64,000 nucleotides of DNA from assembly GCF_006345805.1 (NCBI RefSeq), contig NC_043013.1:186001-250000 (forward strand), read 5' to 3'. Under the pieces are notes generated by a model that was not told the DNA's origin, did not search any database, and was given only the letters and a program-made list of their open reading frames with translations. Below, in pieces: positions 61,846 through 64,000 of the stretch. Origin of the DNA: Octopus sinensis (Eukaryota). The number at the start of each line of letters is the position of its first letter. Position 1 is the stretch's first letter. The position numbers and the translations under genes are program-made.

Positions 61846-62331
61846 TTTAGGTTAAAAAGTTTTTTAAAAATAGAAAGGGGAAAAAAGAAAATTGCATTGT
61901 TTTGCAAAAGAATAATAATAAATATGTACAAAAATTAAAAATAGTACTCCGATACATTGTGAGTTCGTTGTGTATCTTGAGTTTAATGATTGTTCACGAA
62001 AAAATTACCTGAGGTATTAGGATCCAATGGGATTAAGAGCATGTGTTGTTTGTTTAATCAGGATGTTGGCAAAACAGGAAGTAGTCTACTTCCTGTTTTG
62101 CCAACATCCTTAATTAAACCAAACAACACATGCTCTTAATCCCATTGGATCCTAATACCTCAAGGTAATTTTTTCGTGAACAATCATTAAACTCAAGATA
62201 CACAACGAACTCACAATGTATCGGAGTACTTATTTTTTAATTTTTGTACATATTTATTATTATTCTTTTGCAAAAACAATGCAATTTTCTTTTTTCCCCT
62301 TTCTAATTTTTAAAAAACTTTTTAACCTAAA

Positions 62332-62373
62332 TATTCTTGACAAGTCACACGATGACGAAAACCGGTTTGAATA
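62332..62373 (+). ncRNA. minimal hammerhead-like motif, U3-A8 core variant (right arm)
   Basis: tattc TTGACAA gtc acacgat gac GAAA accggt TT gaata; 5-bp stem I, 3-bp stem II, palindromic helix III AACCGGTT, UUU triplet. Confidence 0.6.
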
Positions 62374-62845
62374 AATATATATTTATATATTTTCTCAATT
62401 TCTCATTTCATTAAAATTTTCTTTCAATTGAGCATTCTGCATTTTTACAATTTTTCTTTGCTTATCATTTCTCCACGTGCGGTCAACACAACCCCGCCAT
62501 TTATTGATCTATATATATATATATATGAGAGAGAAAGGGTGGGCAGTAATTCGCTTATAACGAATGTGACGGGGTATAATCAAAAAATGTTCTCTAGCAG
62601 AAAACTCGTTATCATTATCATGAGGTCATCAATAACAGAGAAAGACATAAATCTTTGCGCATGCGTTTAAAATATGCAAACAGGAATCAAAATTTATTTA
62701 TCTATCAAACATTATAAAGACAAAAGCTTCCAACCAACCGGTTCTTTTTTTTTCATAGAATAAGATTTAGGTTTGATTATTTTGGGTTTTATTTTTGTTT
62801 CAAATTCAGGGGTGAGAATGATGTTTGACTAATACGGTGTTGTAT

Positions 62846-62911
<66 letters not shown>

Positions 62912-62914
<3 letters not shown>

Positions 62915-63207
62915 TGTTCCTTCCCGAGCCATGCCTGGCTCATTAAGGCCGGTTTCCCGGTTTCCTTGGCGTATAGGTTCCCCACCTGGACGGGATGCCG
63001 GTCCGTTGCACGTGAGCTGCAAGATGCAGGAAGAAAGGGTGAGAAATTTGTGGCGAGAGAGTCAGCGGAAGTTCGCCATTACCCTCTGCCGGAGCAGCGT
63101 GGAGCTTAGGTGTTTCGCTCATAAACACACACATTGCCCGGTCTGAGAACCCACGATCCCTCGACTGTGAATCCGCTGCTCTAACTACTAGGCCATGTGC
63201 CTCCACC
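62912..63207 (-). mobile_element. tRNA-derived SINE
   Basis: head tggcctagtagttagagcagcggattcacagtcgagggatcgtgggtt with an A-box and a degenerate B-box. Confidence 0.75.
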
Positions 63208-63231
63208 GTATATATATAATATTCGTGTCAT

Positions 63232-63546
63232 CATGAATGACCATGGGATTGAACCTAGAAAGTTACCCTCCTAGGCACAAGTCCGGGCAAGGTTGTTTAT
63301 GGAAAACCAGCAGTCGCCCTTGCATACCAGCCTCCCCTTTCTACGCCACTGATGTTATCCAAGGGATGGGCAAAAGGGGCCGATACCGCTTGGCCCCAGT
63401 GATGTCGCAACTCATTTCTACAGCTGAGTGAATTGGAGCAACGTGAAATAAAGTGTCTTGCTCAAGAACACAACACGCAGCCTGGTCCGGGAATCGAACT
63501 CACAACCTCACGATCGTAAGCTCGACGCTCTAACCACTGAGCCATG
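63232..63546 (-). mobile_element. tRNA-derived SINE with Pol III A and B boxes
   Basis: TGGCTCAGTGG ... GTTCGATTCC, followed by gtgttcttgagcaagacactt. Confidence 0.8.
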
Positions 63547-63952
63547 AAATATTATATTATATTATATATTAGTAGCCGAAAGACCGGTTGGTTTTCTGTT
63601 AATCGCTCAAAATTTAAAATTTTTAATTCCCGATTTGTGTAATTTTTCTAGTCTTCCTTTGAATCCTTTCTCCGTCTCATAACTCTCACTCACTCAAGAA
63701 CTTTAGGACATAACTACAGAAACTGTGTTCTGCTGAATTACTTTCCTCATAACTTTCTGAAAAATTGCTGTTTTGAAAAGAAACCTTCTACAAATACGTT
63801 TCAGGTGATGTAGATTGAGATTTTACTAGAATTTGCCGGGAAAAGCATTTGGGGGAGTGGGGGGGGGAATTTATGCAACTCGAGTTTGTTTCTTCATAAC
63901 TTTCAGAAAAATGAGTATTTATTAATGAAATTTTCTACAAATATCTTTCCTA

Positions 63953-64000
63953 GGCGTAGGACTGGCTGTGTGGTAAGTAGCTTGCTTACAAACCACATGG
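63953..64000 (+). mobile_element. 5' head of tRNA-derived SINE, cut by window edge
   Basis: ggcgtaggactggctgtgtggtaagtagcttgcttacaaaccacatgg. Confidence 0.75.

Larger units (their letters stand above)
61717..62460. repeat. near-perfect ~745-bp palindrome with 1-nt spacer (centre 62085)
   Basis: 61717-62084 is the reverse complement of 62086-62460 with only a few substitutions and indels; centre ggaagtag-t-ctacttcc. Confidence 0.95.

Noticed and set aside
63470-63546. tRNA gene (also 63140-63207)
   Set aside because: A/B boxes are present but there is no cloverleaf acceptor stem; both continue into SINE bodies

Overview
This is repeat-dense, AT-rich eukaryotic DNA. The SINE families and microsatellite load match what I recognise from octopod cephalopods (Octopus); this is an inference, not a database result. 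There is one 100-N assembly gap (56496-56595). I found no intact protein-coding gene. Every recognisable coding segment is a decayed transposon: about 10 Penelope-like (PLE) RT or GIY-YIG fragments, R4/Dong, a HERO-like, Tx1/L1, CR1-type and RTE-BovB LINEs, a full-length mariner pseudogene, a Merlin (ISXO2-like) transposase, and Helitron ends. A 32-copy 41-46 bp satellite carries a perfect 14-bp palindrome in most units. Possible host signals are a minus-strand TATA+3xCCAAT promoter with a spliced first exon (44270-44914) and an RFX X-box+CCAAT site (41735-41780). The most striking unexplained structure is a set of unrelated foldback (inverted-repeat) elements whose arms carry minimal type-I hammerhead ribozyme (HHR) motifs with palindromic helix III. 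One is a ~745-bp palindrome with a 1-nt spacer holding two HHRs with a compensatory U3-A8 core. Coordinates of decayed elements are approximate (tens of bp).
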